Of a stretch of DNA of 64,000 nucleotides, positions 51,566 to 64,000 are shown piece after piece. This DNA is from Scenedesmus sp. PABB004 (lineage: Eukaryota): contig JABVCE010000010.1 in the NCBI GenBank assembly GCA_014905635.1, positions 682,001 through 746,000 on the forward strand. The letters run 5' to 3'. The notes beneath the pieces were generated by a model, which had not been told where the DNA came from, ran no database searches, and saw only the letters and a list, made by a program, of their open reading frames with translations. Every line of letters begins with the position of its first letter. Within the stretch, counting starts at the first letter, position 1. A program made the translations under genes and the position numbers.

Positions 51566-52874
51566 TCAGCACGGCTGCCCCAGGCGCGTGCCCGCGGGGT
51601 TGTAGTTCTTGGCGTAGCGCACCGTCGCCGGCACCATGCCGCACAGCCGCGGGTTGCCCCACACGGTGACCGTCGAGAGGTGCGCGCCCACGACCGACGA
51701 GAGGTTGCCAGAAAAGTCGTTGTCCGCGAGGTGCAGCTGCGTGAGGTGGGCGCTCACGTTCCTGCGCGCACGCGCGCGCAGGGCTTGGGGCTTAGGGCTC
51801 GCGGCCGCGCCGCAGCGCGCCGCCGCGGCGGGGTGCGGCGGGCGCGGCGCGGCGCGGCCGCCGCCGCACCGGAAGGACGCCGGGATGGGGCCGGTCATGT
51901 CGTTCAGCTCCACCTGAAAGCGCCGCAGCTTCAGGCGCCCGAGCTCTGCGCGCGCGAGGTGGCGGCGGCGCTCGCCGGCCGCACGCGCACGGCGCGGCGC
52001 CGGCGCCCAGCAGCTCTGCACTCTGCCAGTGGCACGGCGCGGCGCGGCGCACCGGGTGGGATGGTGCCAATGAGCGTGTTGTCCTCGACCTTGACCTCGC
52101 TCAGCACCGGCAGGTCCGCGAGGTACGCCGGCAGCGTGCCCGTCAGCTGCGGCGCGCGCCGCGCCGCGGCGGCGGGCGCGGCGGCGGTCACGGCGCTGCA
52201 GCGCCGCGCGGCGACGGCCGGCCGGCTCGCCCCGCCCCGCCCCGCCTTGCCGCGCCGCGCCCGCCCGTGTGAGACGGCGGCGCGCACCCGGTTGTACGAC
52301 AGGTCCAGCTCCTCCATCATCGGGAAGCACTCGCCCAGCCAGTGCGGGATGGGGCCTGCCGCGCGGCGGGCGCGCCGCGCGCGCGCGCGCGCGCGCGGTC
52401 GGTCGGTCGGGGCGCCCGGCCCGCACGGGGGGCGCGCGGCGGCGGCGCCGCCGCCGCGCGGCGCCGCGCACCCGTGAGGTGGCCGCCATCGAGGTCAAAC
52501 TCGCGGACGTGGCGCAGCGCGCAGAGCTCGCGCGGCACGGGGCCGTCGAGGCGCACGTCGGTGATGTGCACGTTGGTGACCAGGCCGTCGCGCGTGCCGT
52601 CCCCGCTCTCGCCCCAGCCCACGCTGTTACCCCGGCAGTGCATGTGGAACCAGTTGCCCTCGACTGTGTTGCCGCATGGGTCGCACGCGCCGACGCTGTT
52701 GCCGGCGTCCGTCGGACACGTCCACGTCGAGAGCGCGGCCGCCCAGTTGGGCGAGCGCGACGCGAGCGCGTCGCGCACCGCCGAGACGGCGTCAAACTGG
52801 TCGGGCGCGGTCACGGCGGCCGCCCCCGCCGCCGCCGCCGCCAGGCAGGCCAGTGCGAGCAGCCAGCGGCGCAT
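51566..52874 (-). CDS. Secreted plant-type leucine-rich-repeat protein (no TM or kinase domain), multi-exon
   Basis: Signal peptide MRRWLLALACLAAAAAG, Cys cap (W.C...CDPC...W.HMHC), LRRs LDGPVPRELCAL, LDLSYNRLTGTLP, NTLIGTIPPELG, NDMTGPIP, C-cap GNPRLCG. Confidence 0.9.
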
Positions 52875-52883
52875 CGTCGCGAA

Positions 52884-52995
52884 CGGCGGTGGCGCAGGCG
52901 CCCGCAGCGGACGGCGGTGGCGCAGGCGCCCGCAGCGGACGGCGTTGGCGCAGGCGCCCGCAGCGGACGACGGCGCAGGCGCAGCGGACGGCGGG
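52884..52995. repeat. 28-bp minisatellite, about 4 copies, in the 5' UTR region of the LRR gene
   Basis: ggcgcaggcgcccgcagcggacggcg(g/t)t repeated head to tail with decay. Confidence 0.85.
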
Positions 52996-53327
52996 CAGGT
53001 GGCGCGCGCGCTGCGCAGCCGCCGGCAGCTCCGTCGGGCCTGCGGCGAGGCCGGCAGGGGCGCAGGCGCGCGCAGGGGCCCGTGAGGCGTCCAGGGAGCG
53101 CGGCCGCGCGCCGGGCGAGGCCGCACGCGCGCCCCGGCATGGGGCGGGCGGGCGTGGGCGGGCGCGGGCGCACCGCTCTCGATCTCAATGCGAGCGCGGC
53201 AGGGCGTCAGCGCGAGCGTGGCTCAGCAAAAGCGCCAATGCGGGCCGGCAGAGCGCGCCGGCGGGCGGGTGGTCCCCGCCGGCGGCGGCGGTTCGCTGGC
53301 GACGACCTGCAGGTCGCCGCGCAGGGC

Positions 53328-54447
53328 TCACCACGCCGCCAGCGCCACCAGCGCCACCGGGCCGCAGGCCTGCGCCAGGGCCAGCGCCGCGCGCCAGCGC
53401 GCAGCTGCCGGCGGCGGACCGCAGGCCTCGCGCCCGGGCGCGGGTGCGGGCGCGCTGCGGTCGTCGCCGCCGGCCGCGCACCAGCACGCCGCCAGCCAGG
53501 CAGGCCAGCCCAGCAGCCAGGCCGCCCAGCGGCCGCGCAGCAGGGCGAGCACGACGGCGCCCGCCGCGCCGTCCCAGAGCGCGGCGCCGGCGACCACGGC
53601 CGCAGCGGCCTGGTGCTTCGCGGGCACAGGCGCGGCCGCGAGCAGCAGCGCCAGCAGCGGGTCGGGCCGCGCGGGGCGCCAGCCGGGCCCGACGTCGCCC
53701 GCGCCGCGGTGCGCCGCCCACGCGGCCGCCGCCCACGCGAGCAGCAGGGCCTGCCCGGCGGCGAGCCGGCCCGCCGCGCGCGCGAGGCACCACGCCGCGC
53801 GCGCGCCGGGCGCCGCCGGCCACGCCGGCCACAGCCGCACGGCCAGCCCGCCCACGGCGGCGGCGGGCGCCGCGCGGCGGCCCGCCGAGCCCCAGGCGAG
53901 CGCGCGCTGCAGCGGCGCCGCCCAGGCGGGCGCGCGGCCGCGCGGCGGGGCCGCCGCGCCGCAGCTGGCCAGCGCGCGCCCGGGGCTGCGCCAGGCGAGC
54001 ACGCACACCAGCACCACCAGCATGACCAGGCGCCCGCCGGCGATGCCGCCTCGCAGCCGCGCCGCGCGCTCGCCGGCCGCCGCGCCGCCAAGGTAGTGCG
54101 CCGCCGCCGCCGACAGGGCTGCGACGCCTTCAGATATCGCGCCGGCCGCGCCGACCAGGCGCAGGCAGCAGCGTGCGATGAGCGAGAGGTGGGCGTCCGC
54201 TGACGCCGCGCACCTGTGCAGGCGAGGCAGCAGGAGTCAGGGCGCCCCGCGGTGAGCCGCCGCGGCGCGGCGTGGACTGCGCTGCAGCAGCTCGCGCGCG
54301 GCGCGGCGCCACGCGCCTGCGCAGCTCTTTGAGCTCCTGCTGCTGCGACTCCAGCAGCGCCACGACGCGAGTTAGAAGGTGCGTGTGCTGTTGCAGCTGC
54401 TGCTGCTCCGCCCGGACGGCCGGCGGCGGCTGCGGCCGACGCGCCAT
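53328..54447 (-). CDS. Hypothetical Trp/Ala/Leu-rich membrane protein with a short N-terminal coiled coil
   Basis: Putative exon 1 MARRPQ...LLESQQQELKELR joined through a probable GC-AG intron to an open frame with several hydrophobic segments. No family recognised. Confidence 0.45.
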
Positions 54448-54629
54448 CGAGACGCGAGCGCAGCGGGCTGGCAGGCGAGCGGGGGCGCTGCAGCTGCACA
54501 GCGGCGCGCCAGTGGCGAGCGCGCTTTCTCTGGACGTGCGGGCGCTTGCAGGACGGCATTTCGGTTCGCGCCGACCGTCATACCGCGCCGCCCGCCAACC
54601 GCCGCGCAACCGACCGCGCCCCGCGCCCG

Positions 54630-55301
54630 CTAGCTCTGCACGTTTTCCAGCAGCTGCACCGGCTCCAGGATGTTGGACTTGTTGGTGTCCACGATGCAGC
54701 CGTTGAGCAGCATCTCGTCCATGATGTAGTGCACCTGGCGCACGCGGCGGACGCGGCGCGCGGCGGCGGCGAGCGCGGCGCTCGGCGGCGGCGCCCGCCG
54801 CGCGGCGGCGGCGGCGGCGCCGCCGGCCCCGCGCGCGGGGCTTGGCTCTTGGTGCGCGGCGGCGCACCACGTCGGGGTCGTTCATGATGTCGAGCTCGCA
54901 CACCTGGCCAAAGTGCTTGTCCAGCACCTCGACGAAGCAGTGGATCAGCTCCAGCACTGCGAGCTCGTTCTGCGGCGCGCCGCGCGGCGGCCGCCCGGGC
55001 GGGCGTCGCGTGCCGCGCGCCGCCGCCGCCGCCGCCGCGCGCACGCCGCCGGCACGCCGCCGCCGCGCACCTCCTCGTCGTCGACGCCGACCATGAAGAA
55101 CAGCGACGCGTAGCGGCGGTACACGATCTTGTAGGCGCGGTGCTCGAAGAAGGAGCACTGCCGGTCGGTGCGCGCGAGGCACTTGCGCACGACCTCGCCC
55201 TCGAGCGCGCGCTTCTCGTCGGTCGGCAGCAGCTCCGTGAAGTACTTGGCCAGCCGCGTCTGGCCCTGCTTGTTCACGAGCAGCAGGAACTTGATCGTCA
55301 T
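54630..55301 (-). CDS. AP4S1: Adaptor protein complex AP-4 sigma subunit (3 exons)
   Basis: MTIKFLLLVNKQGQTRLAKY, QCSFFEH...IVYRRYASLFF, ENELAVLELIHCFVEVLDKHFGQVCELDIM, DEMLLNGCIVDTNK. Confidence 0.93.
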
Positions 55302-55461
55302 CCCGCCCGCCCGCCCCCCGGTGGTTGTGGGCGTGGTCGGCGCCGCGGCGCGCCGCCCGCGGCTGCTGCTCCGCGCCCGACGGCGGCGCACGCGCGCGGC
55401 GCGTCGCCACCCGGCCCCGCCTGCGCTGTCACGCTGCGTAGAAGGCGAGGCGGGTCCGGGA

Positions 55462-55730
55462 AGCCGGCCCGCGGGCCCGCAGGGGCGATCGATGCCTGGC
55501 GGCGCGGGCGAGCAGCGAGCAGCGAGTGCGGCGCGGGCTGCCTGGCTCAGCAGCAACGGGCGCGCGGTCGAGCGGGCGGAGGGGTCGGCGTGCATGCCAG
55601 CGGGCGGGGAGAGACTGCGGCGCGCCGGGCAGCTCGGCGGCAGGGCAGCGCAGCGAGCGTGGGTTCTGGCACGCAGCGCCGCCGCGGTTGGGCCGCGCGC
55701 CTCCCCCTTCTCGCTCCCGCCCGCCCGCAG
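55462..55730 (-). repeat. ~270-bp non-coding element, copy 2 (inverted relative to 50098-50369)
   Basis: Reverse complement aligns with 50098-50369. Confidence 0.9.
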
Positions 55731-55767
55731 CTCAGACGAGCTCTGGCCGCAGCTCACACGCCGCCGC

Positions 55768-55772
55768 TTACA
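55768..55772 (-). promoter_or_regulatory. Putative TGTAA poly(A) signal of the FHA-PP2C gene
   Basis: ttaca on + strand, ~170 nt downstream of the stop at 55940. Confidence 0.55.
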
Positions 55773-55939
55773 CAGTATGCCAGCGGCTCAGCGCGCAGAC
55801 ACACGGGCGCCGCCGCGCTCTCGTTCGCCCAAAATCGAGCGGGGCGGCGCCAATTCAGTGCCCGCTGGACAGCGAAAATCACCGCACGGGGCCGATGGTG
55901 GTACACACACGCCCGCGGCCCGCCACCCCCCCATCCCCT

Positions 55940-58900
55940 TCACATGCTGCCCGACACCGAGCACGCGCCGTCGGCGGCGGTCGCGGCGCGCGCGGCGGCG
56001 ACGTCCGCCGGCAGCACGTGCAGCACCAGGATGCTGATGTCGTCCTTGCTGCGCAGCCCCAGCGCCGCGTGCATGAGCGCCTCCGCCACCGCCGCCGCGA
56101 CGCCCGCCGCCGCCGCGCCGCCGCCGCCGCCGCCCGGCGCGGCGGCCGCTCCCGCCGCCTCGGCGCCCGCCTCGGCGCCCGCCGCCGCCGCGGCGGCGGC
56201 CCGCGCCGCCGTCTTGGCCGCGAGCGCCGCCGCGCGCGGCGGCGGGACGACGTCCCACAGCCCGTCGCTCGCCGCGAGCAGCAGCGCCTCGTCGGCCGGG
56301 CCGAGCCGCAGCGCCTCGCTCACGTGTGGCTCCGCGCTAAACCCCACGTCCGCCTCCTTGAGGAAACGGTCGCCGAGCATGCGGGAGATGTTGAGTCCGT
56401 ACAGCCGGCTGCTCACGCCGCCGGGCAGCGCCGCGTTCTTCGCGCTCAGCCGCGCCGCCTCGCCGGCGTTGACCGCGATGCGGTGGTCCTCCGTCAGGCT
56501 GCGCCACCCCGCGCTGGCGGCGGCGCGGGCGCGGGCGCGGCCGCGCGCGGGCGCGCGAAGGCGGGCGGGCGGTGAGCTGCTGGCGGCGGCTGGCGCGAGC
56601 GCGCGGCCCCGCCCCCGGCCGGGCGTGCCCGGCGGCCCCGCCGCCGCCGCAGCGGGTGGCGCACCTGCCGAGGTCGACCAGCAGCGCCATGCTGTCGCCG
56701 ACGTTGGCGGCGCGCGCGAGCAGCGCGCCCCGGGCGCGCACTCGAGCAGCAGCGCGGTCGCGGTGCAGCCATCGTCGCAGCAGAGGCGGCGGTCGGCCTC
56801 CAGGAAGCTGGCGGTCAGCGCCGCGGCCACGCTGGCCTCGTCCGCGAGCAGCGCCCCGGCGTGCGCCTCGGCGTGGCCGTTGGCGCAGCCCGGGGCGGCG
56901 GCGGCGGCGCCGCTGCCGCCGCTGCTGCCGCCGCTGCCGCTGCTGCCGCTGCTGCCGCCGCTGCCGCTGCCTCCGCTGCGCTGCGGCGGCAGCTCGCGCT
57001 CCCCCGGCGGCCCAGGCTCCGGCGGCTGCCGCGCCCCGGCTGGCGCCTGCTGCTGCGCCGGCAGGCGCTCCGACAGCAGCTGCGGCAGCAGCTCCTGAGC
57101 CTGCTCCGACGCGACGCGGCTGTGGTGGCCGTCAAAGATGCAGAACAGACCCACCTGCGGCCGGTCGCCGAGCGGCGTGCGCCACGCCACGACGTCCTCG
57201 CAGGGGCAGTGGTTGCGGCGGTGGTCGGCGCCCACCTGCGGCGCGGCGCGGCGCGGCGCGGCGGCTGGGCGGCGCGCCGCGCCGCCCGGCGCGCGGCTGG
57301 CCGCCCGGCGCGCGGCTGGCCGCCCGCGCAGGCGGGGGCGGGGCGGGACGGCAGCGGGGCGCCGCGCACCATCTTGACCACCGCGCCCTCGACGCGGCAG
57401 GCCAGGAAGCGCAGCAGTACGAGCGGCGCCAGCAGCGCGCCGGGGCTGGCCGGCCCCGCGCTGATCATGCTGCTGCTGATGCCCGCGGCGCCCGCGAGCG
57501 GCTTGGGCATGCAGCCGGCGACGCTGGAGCCGGTTGGGTTGCGGCCGCCGCCGCCGTCGCCGACGCCGACGCCGCCCGCGGCGCCGCTGCGAACCCCCGC
57601 CGCGCACGCGGCTCGGCTGCCGCTGTGGCTGTCGGGCGGGCTCGCAGGCGCCGTCCACGCGGCGCAGCGCTCGGGCAGCAGGTGGTGGAGCGCCTGAGCC
57701 GGCACCTGCGCCGGCGCCTGCTCGCCGCCCGGGCTGCCCGCGCGCTTTGTCGTGCCGCCCAGCTGCTGCTGCAGGTGGGCCAGCTGCGCGTGCTGCGGCG
57801 CCGGCCGCCCAGCGGCGGTGCCCGCCGCGGCCGCCGCGAGCTCCGCGGCCACCGCCATCGCCGCTGGCTGCGAGGCGGAGGCGCAGGGGCTGCACTCGAC
57901 GCGCGCGCGCGTGGCGCTGCCCAGCTCGACAGTGTCGCCGTGCCGCAGCGCCGCGGGGCAGCCCGGCAGGCGCCCCGCCTTGCTTATGGCCGTGCCGTTG
58001 AGCAGCGTGCCGTTGAGGCTGCCCGCGTCCGCCTGCGCACGCGGCGGCGTGGCGGGGTCAGCGGCGGGGTCACAGCAGCGCGAGCTGGCGGCGCGGGGCG
58101 GCCGCGCCGGCCGCCGCGGCTGCGCACCAGCTGCCAGCAGTTGAGGTCGCCGCTCCAGGAGAGGCACGCGTGGCGGCCGCTGATCTCCTGGTCGGGGATG
58201 CTCGCCCAGGCGGTGGGGTTGCGTCCGATCACGAGCTGCACCGGCGGGGCGGGCGGCGCGCGGCGCGCGGCAGCAGCTCAGCGCGGGCGGCGGCCCTGGC
58301 GGGCGGGCACGCCGCCGGCGCGCGCAGCGGGTCTCACCTCGCCCGTGTGCCTGCGCGCCTCAAAGTGCCGCCCCGCCCCGGGCCGGCCGACACCGACAGC
58401 CGCAGCCAGGGCGCTGCGGCGTTGCCGGCGGCGGCGGCAGCGGCTCCGTCGGGGGCGGTGCGAGCCGGTGCCACCGCTGCCGACGGGCTGCGCGGCTGCG
58501 CGTCGGCGGACGCCGTTGCGGCTGCCGCGGCGGCCGCTCCCCGGCCACGCGGCGGGCTGGCGCCGGGCGACCGCTGCGGCGCGTCTGCGGCGCCCGCGGC
58601 TGCTGCGGCGGGCGCTGCGTCGGCCGCGGTGGTCATGACCGCCAGCTTGCTGTGCGACGGCGCAGCGCCGGCGGCCGGCTGCGCAGCTGCCCGCGGCGGC
58701 CGCCACGACCGCGGCGCCGTCAGGCCGGCTGCGAGGTCGCCGAGCGCTGCGCCGTCCCCGCTGCCCGTGGCGCCGCTGCTGCTGCCACCGCCCGTGGCGA
58801 GCGCCGGATCGGTGCCGACGCTGTCGCTGCCCACGCCGCCGCTGGCGCCCACGGGCTGCGTCAGCAGCGCCTCCTGCTGCAGCATCTGCTTCCAGTGCTG

Positions 58901-60676
58901 TTGCTGCCGTTTGCTGCGCAGGCTGCCCGGACTGGCGCCGAGGCTGCCGGCGCCGGCGCCACCGCTGCCGCCGCTGCCGCTGCTCGGCCGCGACGGCACC
59001 GTCAGCTGCGGCTGCAGTTGGATGGCGTCGCGCTGCTCCTGGGGCGCGGGCGGCGGCTGCGTCGGCTGCTGCGCAGGCTGCTCCTGCGCCGGCTGCTGCG
59101 CAGGCACCGGCGGCAATATAACGCCCTCGGCGAGCTGTTGCTGCAGTGCCGGGCTGGCCGCGTAGCTCAGCGGCGCAGCCGCCTGCTGCGCCTGCTCCTG
59201 CGCTGCGACCGCCTGCGGCAGCGTCTGCTGCTGCGGCTGCGGCAGCACGTGCTGCTGCTGCAGCTGCGGCTGCGGCTGCGGCTGCGGCGCTCGCTGCTGC
59301 CGCGGCTCGGCAGCGGCCGCCGCCGGCTGCTCCGCATCCCGCTGCGCAGCCGCCTCGAGCTCCCCCGCCTCGGCGCTGGTCGTCGAGCGCTGGCGCGTGC
59401 CCAGCTGGATGCTGGGCCAGTCGCCCAGCGACGCAAACAGGCTGCCGCTGCCGGAGAGGCCCGACGCGCCGCGCGACGAGTGGCGCGAGTGGTGGTGCGG
59501 CGTGCTGCCGGGCGCGGCGCCGCCGGCCGCCGTGATCTCGGGCGGCAGCGCAAAGGCGCTGCCGCGGAGCTCGTCGCCGTCGTCGCTGTCGCTGTCGCTG
59601 CTGCTGCCGCTGCTGCTCCTGCCACCGGGTGCGCGCGGCGGCTCGCGCGGCGGCGCCGCCGCCGCGACCGCTCCCCCGGCCGGCGTCCGCGGCGGCAGCG
59701 CCGCGCGGTCGACCTGCACCGTGCGCAGCGACGCCCACGCGGCGTCGGTCATCGCCGGCCCCTCACGGTCCGCCGCGGCGGCGTCCAGGGGCTGCAGCTT
59801 GCGCTCCCGCAGCACCCGCTGCTGCTGCGCCACCGCTGCCGCTGCCGCCGCGCCCGCCGGCTGCTGGCCGCCGTCCTCCTCCAGCGACAGCGCCGCGAGC
59901 GGCGCCGCGCAGGCCGCCGCGCCGCCGTCCTGCCACGCGCCGAGGCCCAGGCCCGTGCCGGCGCCCAGGCACAGGCGCGGCTCGATGGCCCCAAACTCCA
60001 CCTGCTCTGACGAGCTGCGCCGCATGTTCCGGCCGCCGTCGCCGGCGACGGCGCCCGCGCCTGCGTGCGCGGGCGGCGCGTGGTGCTGCTCGCCGTCCGC
60101 CTCCTCAAGGCTGGCCGCGCTGATGAAGCTGTCAGAGGGGTGCAGCGACGCGTCCGCCTGCTCCGACGCCGCCGCCTGCGAGCGCTGCCGCGGCGCGCCG
60201 CCGCGCTGGGGCGACGGCGACGCGGAGCCCGGCGGGTGCGCCTCGTCCTCGCCGCACTGCGACGACGCGTCCGTCCACACCGCGCTGTGCTCGCCCGCCG
60301 CGCCGCCGGTCGCGGCGCTGCCAGGGCTGAGCGACGGCGACGCGGGCCCCGGGGCCTGCGCGGCGGCGGCGGTTGGGGCCGCGCGCCGCTGTTGCCGCCG
60401 GTGCGGGCGGCGCGACGCGCCCCGCTTGGCGCCCCCGACGGGCCCACGCGCCCCGTGGCCGCGCGAGGTGGCCGGCCCGCCGGCAGCTGCAGCCTGCGCG
60501 CCGGCGCCGGCGCCGCGCAGCAGCGGCGCGCCGCGCCGCTCGCCGCCCGAAAGCCCCACCTGCTGGTCCTCCGGGCCTTCCGCCGGCTCCTCGCCGGTGA
60601 GCAGCTTCCACAGCATCATCCCGCCCAGCGTGGCCGTGGCGAGCGCCAGAGAGGCGGGGCCGCTCAAGGGCGGCAT
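55940..60676 (-). CDS. KAPP-like phosphatase: N-terminal hydrophobic anchor, long disordered region, FHA domain and PP2C domain; apparent frameshift near 56730
   Basis: FHA motifs LVIGRN...EISGRHA...DAGSLNGT...LRHGDTVELG; PP2C motifs CED, LFCIFDGH, GCTAT, ANVGDS, LTEDHR, LNISRMLGDRFLK, ASDGLWDV, SKDDIS. Confidence 0.88.
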
Positions 60677-61229
60677 CGACCCCCGCGCCCGGCCTCGCTG
60701 CGGGCCGCGGCTGCCTGCCCGGCCATGCGCGGGTGCCCCCTTACGCACGCCTCACGCCCCGGCAGCGTGTGCTGGCGCCGCGGCGAGCATCGGCGGGCGA
60801 ACAAGGCGCGCGCGTGCGAGGCGAACCGCCTTGCCGGCAACGGTGTCTGGCCGTGGGCGTGCGAGCAGCGGCAGGGGCAGGCGGGCAGCGGCGGCGGCGG
60901 CGCACGCGCCCGTGCGCCGCCGGGGTCCAAACGGCGCTGCGTCGTCTGCGCCCGCGCCCGGCTGTCGGCGGCTACCGGCGTGCGCCCTGCGTGTGTGGCG
61001 GCCGGGACAGCTCACTCGGTTGCTCCTGGACCGCCGCCGCCGCCTGGCGCAACCGACAACCGCCGCGCAGGCGGAAGGAGCGGGCTGCCGCGCGCGCGCG
61101 CGCGCACGCAGCCGCGCAGCCGCCAACCGACCGCCTCGCATAGGAACAAAGATAGACAGGCCGGCACAATTGCGCCCGCCCCGGTGCTCCGCTGCCCTTG
61201 CCTCCCTCCACTGGTCGCTCGCTGGCCGC

Positions 61230-62298
61230 TCACACCGGCAGCGCGCCGTCGTCGGCCGCGGCACTCGCGCCGCCGCCGCTCGCGCCGCCGCCGCCGCCGC
61301 CGCTCGCGCCCGGGAGGCGCGCCAGCAGCTGCGAGCCCGCGGCTGGGCCGGGCTGCACCGCGGCCACGGGCGGAGGCGCGTAGGCGAGCTGCCGAGGCTC
61401 GCGCAGGCCCTCCTGCGCCGCCCGCTGCTGCTGCACGGCCTCCGCCGCGAAGGGAGAGCCGCTGGACAGCCCGCGCGGGCTGTCCAGCGGCGGCAGCAGC
61501 GGCTGCTGCAGCTCGGCGCCCCCGCCCGCGCCGCCGCGCCCGACGCGGCGGGCGCCGCGCTCCGCGCCGCCCGCCGGCGGCGCGACGCGGATGGCGACGT
61601 GCGCCGGCCGGGCGTGCGCGCCGCTGCGGCCGCCGCCGCCGCCGCCGCCGTCGGCGCCGCTGCCGCAGCTGCTGCTGTCGCTCCGCCACTCCCGCAGCGG
61701 GACGTCGGCGCCGTCCGCGCCGCCGGCGCCCTCGTCGCCCTCCTCCGGCAGCGGCGGCAGCAGGCTCTGCAGCCGCGCCACCTCGCTCATCTGGCGCACC
61801 TCGTCGGCCCGCCGCGCCGCGAGCGCGGCGAGGTGGCGCTGCGCGCGCGCCTGCGCCACGCCCTGCCGCGCCGCGATGGCGGCCTTGGACGACAGCTCCG
61901 CCCGGTAGTGCGCGACGACGCCGCGCCGCACGAGCGCCTTGAGCTGCTGCGCGAGGCGCCGCCGCTCCGCCGTGGTCAGCTGCGGCGCGCGCGCGCGGGC
62001 GGGCGGGCAGCGTGGGGCGAGGGCCGCGCGTCGAGGGTCGCGGTGCTGGCGCGGCGCTGACCACGTGGCGCGCGCACGGCCCTGGCGCGCGCACGGCCCT
62101 GGCGCGGGGCGCGCGCCGCACCTCCTTGCCGCCGCCGGGCAGCGCGTCGAAGAAGAAGCCCAGGCTGTCCAGCCAGGGCGCGTCGTCGGCGCTCGCAAAG
62201 GCGAGCTCCATCGCGTACAGGAACCGCTGCCAGGCCTCGCAGACCTGGTCCCAGCAACTCGGCGCGGCCTGGCCGTCGAGCGAGGGGGGCGCCGCCAT
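61230..62298 (-). CDS. Hypothetical protein (2 exons)
   Basis: Exon 1 MAAPPSLDG...CEAWQRFLYAMELAF...GGGKE, GT-AG intron, exon 2 LTTAERRRLAQQLKALV... ending TGA 61230. No family recognised. Confidence 0.6.
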
Positions 62299-62957
62299 GG
62301 CTCGCGCCGCAGCCCCCGGCGAGCGCCGCACAGCTGGCAGCGGCAGCGACGCACGGCAGCTGCGCTGCGCGAGAGCCACGCCGCGGGCGCGGCGGCGCCG
62401 GCCCAGGGAGCGAGGCCGGGCCGGGGCCGCGCGTCCGACCCTGGAACGAGCTCCCCCGGCGCCGGCAGCGGCGCCGGCAGCGGCGGCGGCGGCGCGTAGG
62501 CCGGCGTCGGGTGCGGCGCGCGGGCGGCGGCGCGGCGAGGTGGCCGACCACGCGGGCGCGCTGGTGGGGAGCGGGCGCTGTGGCGGTCGCGAGCGGGGGG
62601 CGCAGACGCCACAGGCGCGCCTCGTCACGCCGGTGCACCTTCGCTCGCCGCGGAGCACCCCCCGGGCCTCAGATCGCGGGAGCGCTCCAGTTGCCTCCCT
62701 GCCGCTGTCCTGCGATCGCCCCCGCGGTCCTGCGCGCTCGCCGTCCGGCCGGCCCGCACGCCTCCTCGCCCACCGCCGCCCGCCGGCCCGTGCGCACCGC
62801 GGTCGCGCCGCCACCGATATCAGGACCTCGCCTGCGAGGGCGCCACCCGCAGCGCGCGGCGGCGGAGCGGGGGCAGCAGCAGCAGATGGCCTCCCCTTTC
62901 CCGGGCCCGCCACGCGCGTAGGCCCGCGCCCCAGCGTCCCGCCCGCGCGTGACGGCC

Positions 62958-64000
<1,043 letters not shown>

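Noticed and set aside
50098..55730. Inverted repeats as terminal repeats of a composite transposon
   Set aside because: No transposase or TSD was seen and the enclosed genes include housekeeping AP4S1. Kept only as an unexplained duplication.

Overview
Very GC-rich, intron-dense eukaryotic nuclear DNA. It is most likely a chlorophyte green alga, inferred from the LHCBM and plastid ClpR genes, TGTAA poly(A) signals and short CGCG-rich introns. Most long Ala/Arg/Pro ORFs in the supplied track are GC artefacts, so I assembled genes by joining exon fragments by eye; internal exon boundaries and some starts are approximate. About 19 protein-coding genes are supported: two tandem secreted vWA genes (the complete one also carries DUF11 and Cys-rich repeats), ClpR3-like, phosphoserine aminotransferase, ATR, a head-to-head coiled-coil orphan, a secreted repeat polyprotein, a nucleotide-sugar/TPT-family transporter, OvoA, LHCBM, an ankyrin-like protein, TFIIB, a small protein with an eIF5A-like C-terminus, a secreted LRR protein, a hypothetical membrane protein, AP-4 sigma, a KAPP-like FHA-PP2C, a hypothetical protein and the 5' part of SnRK1 alpha. 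The best candidate for an undescribed system is 32479-33665. It encodes a signal peptide followed by seven homologous helical units separated by R-x-L-x|Q motifs, most ending in Gly, which is the layout of a prohormone-like peptide precursor. Other notable items are a ~270 bp inverted duplicated upstream module, mosaic identity between the vWA paralogues, a collapsed tandem duplication between ovoA and LHCBM, frequent GC-AG introns and an apparent frameshift in the PP2C domain. No rRNA, tRNA, CRISPR array or transposase was recognised.
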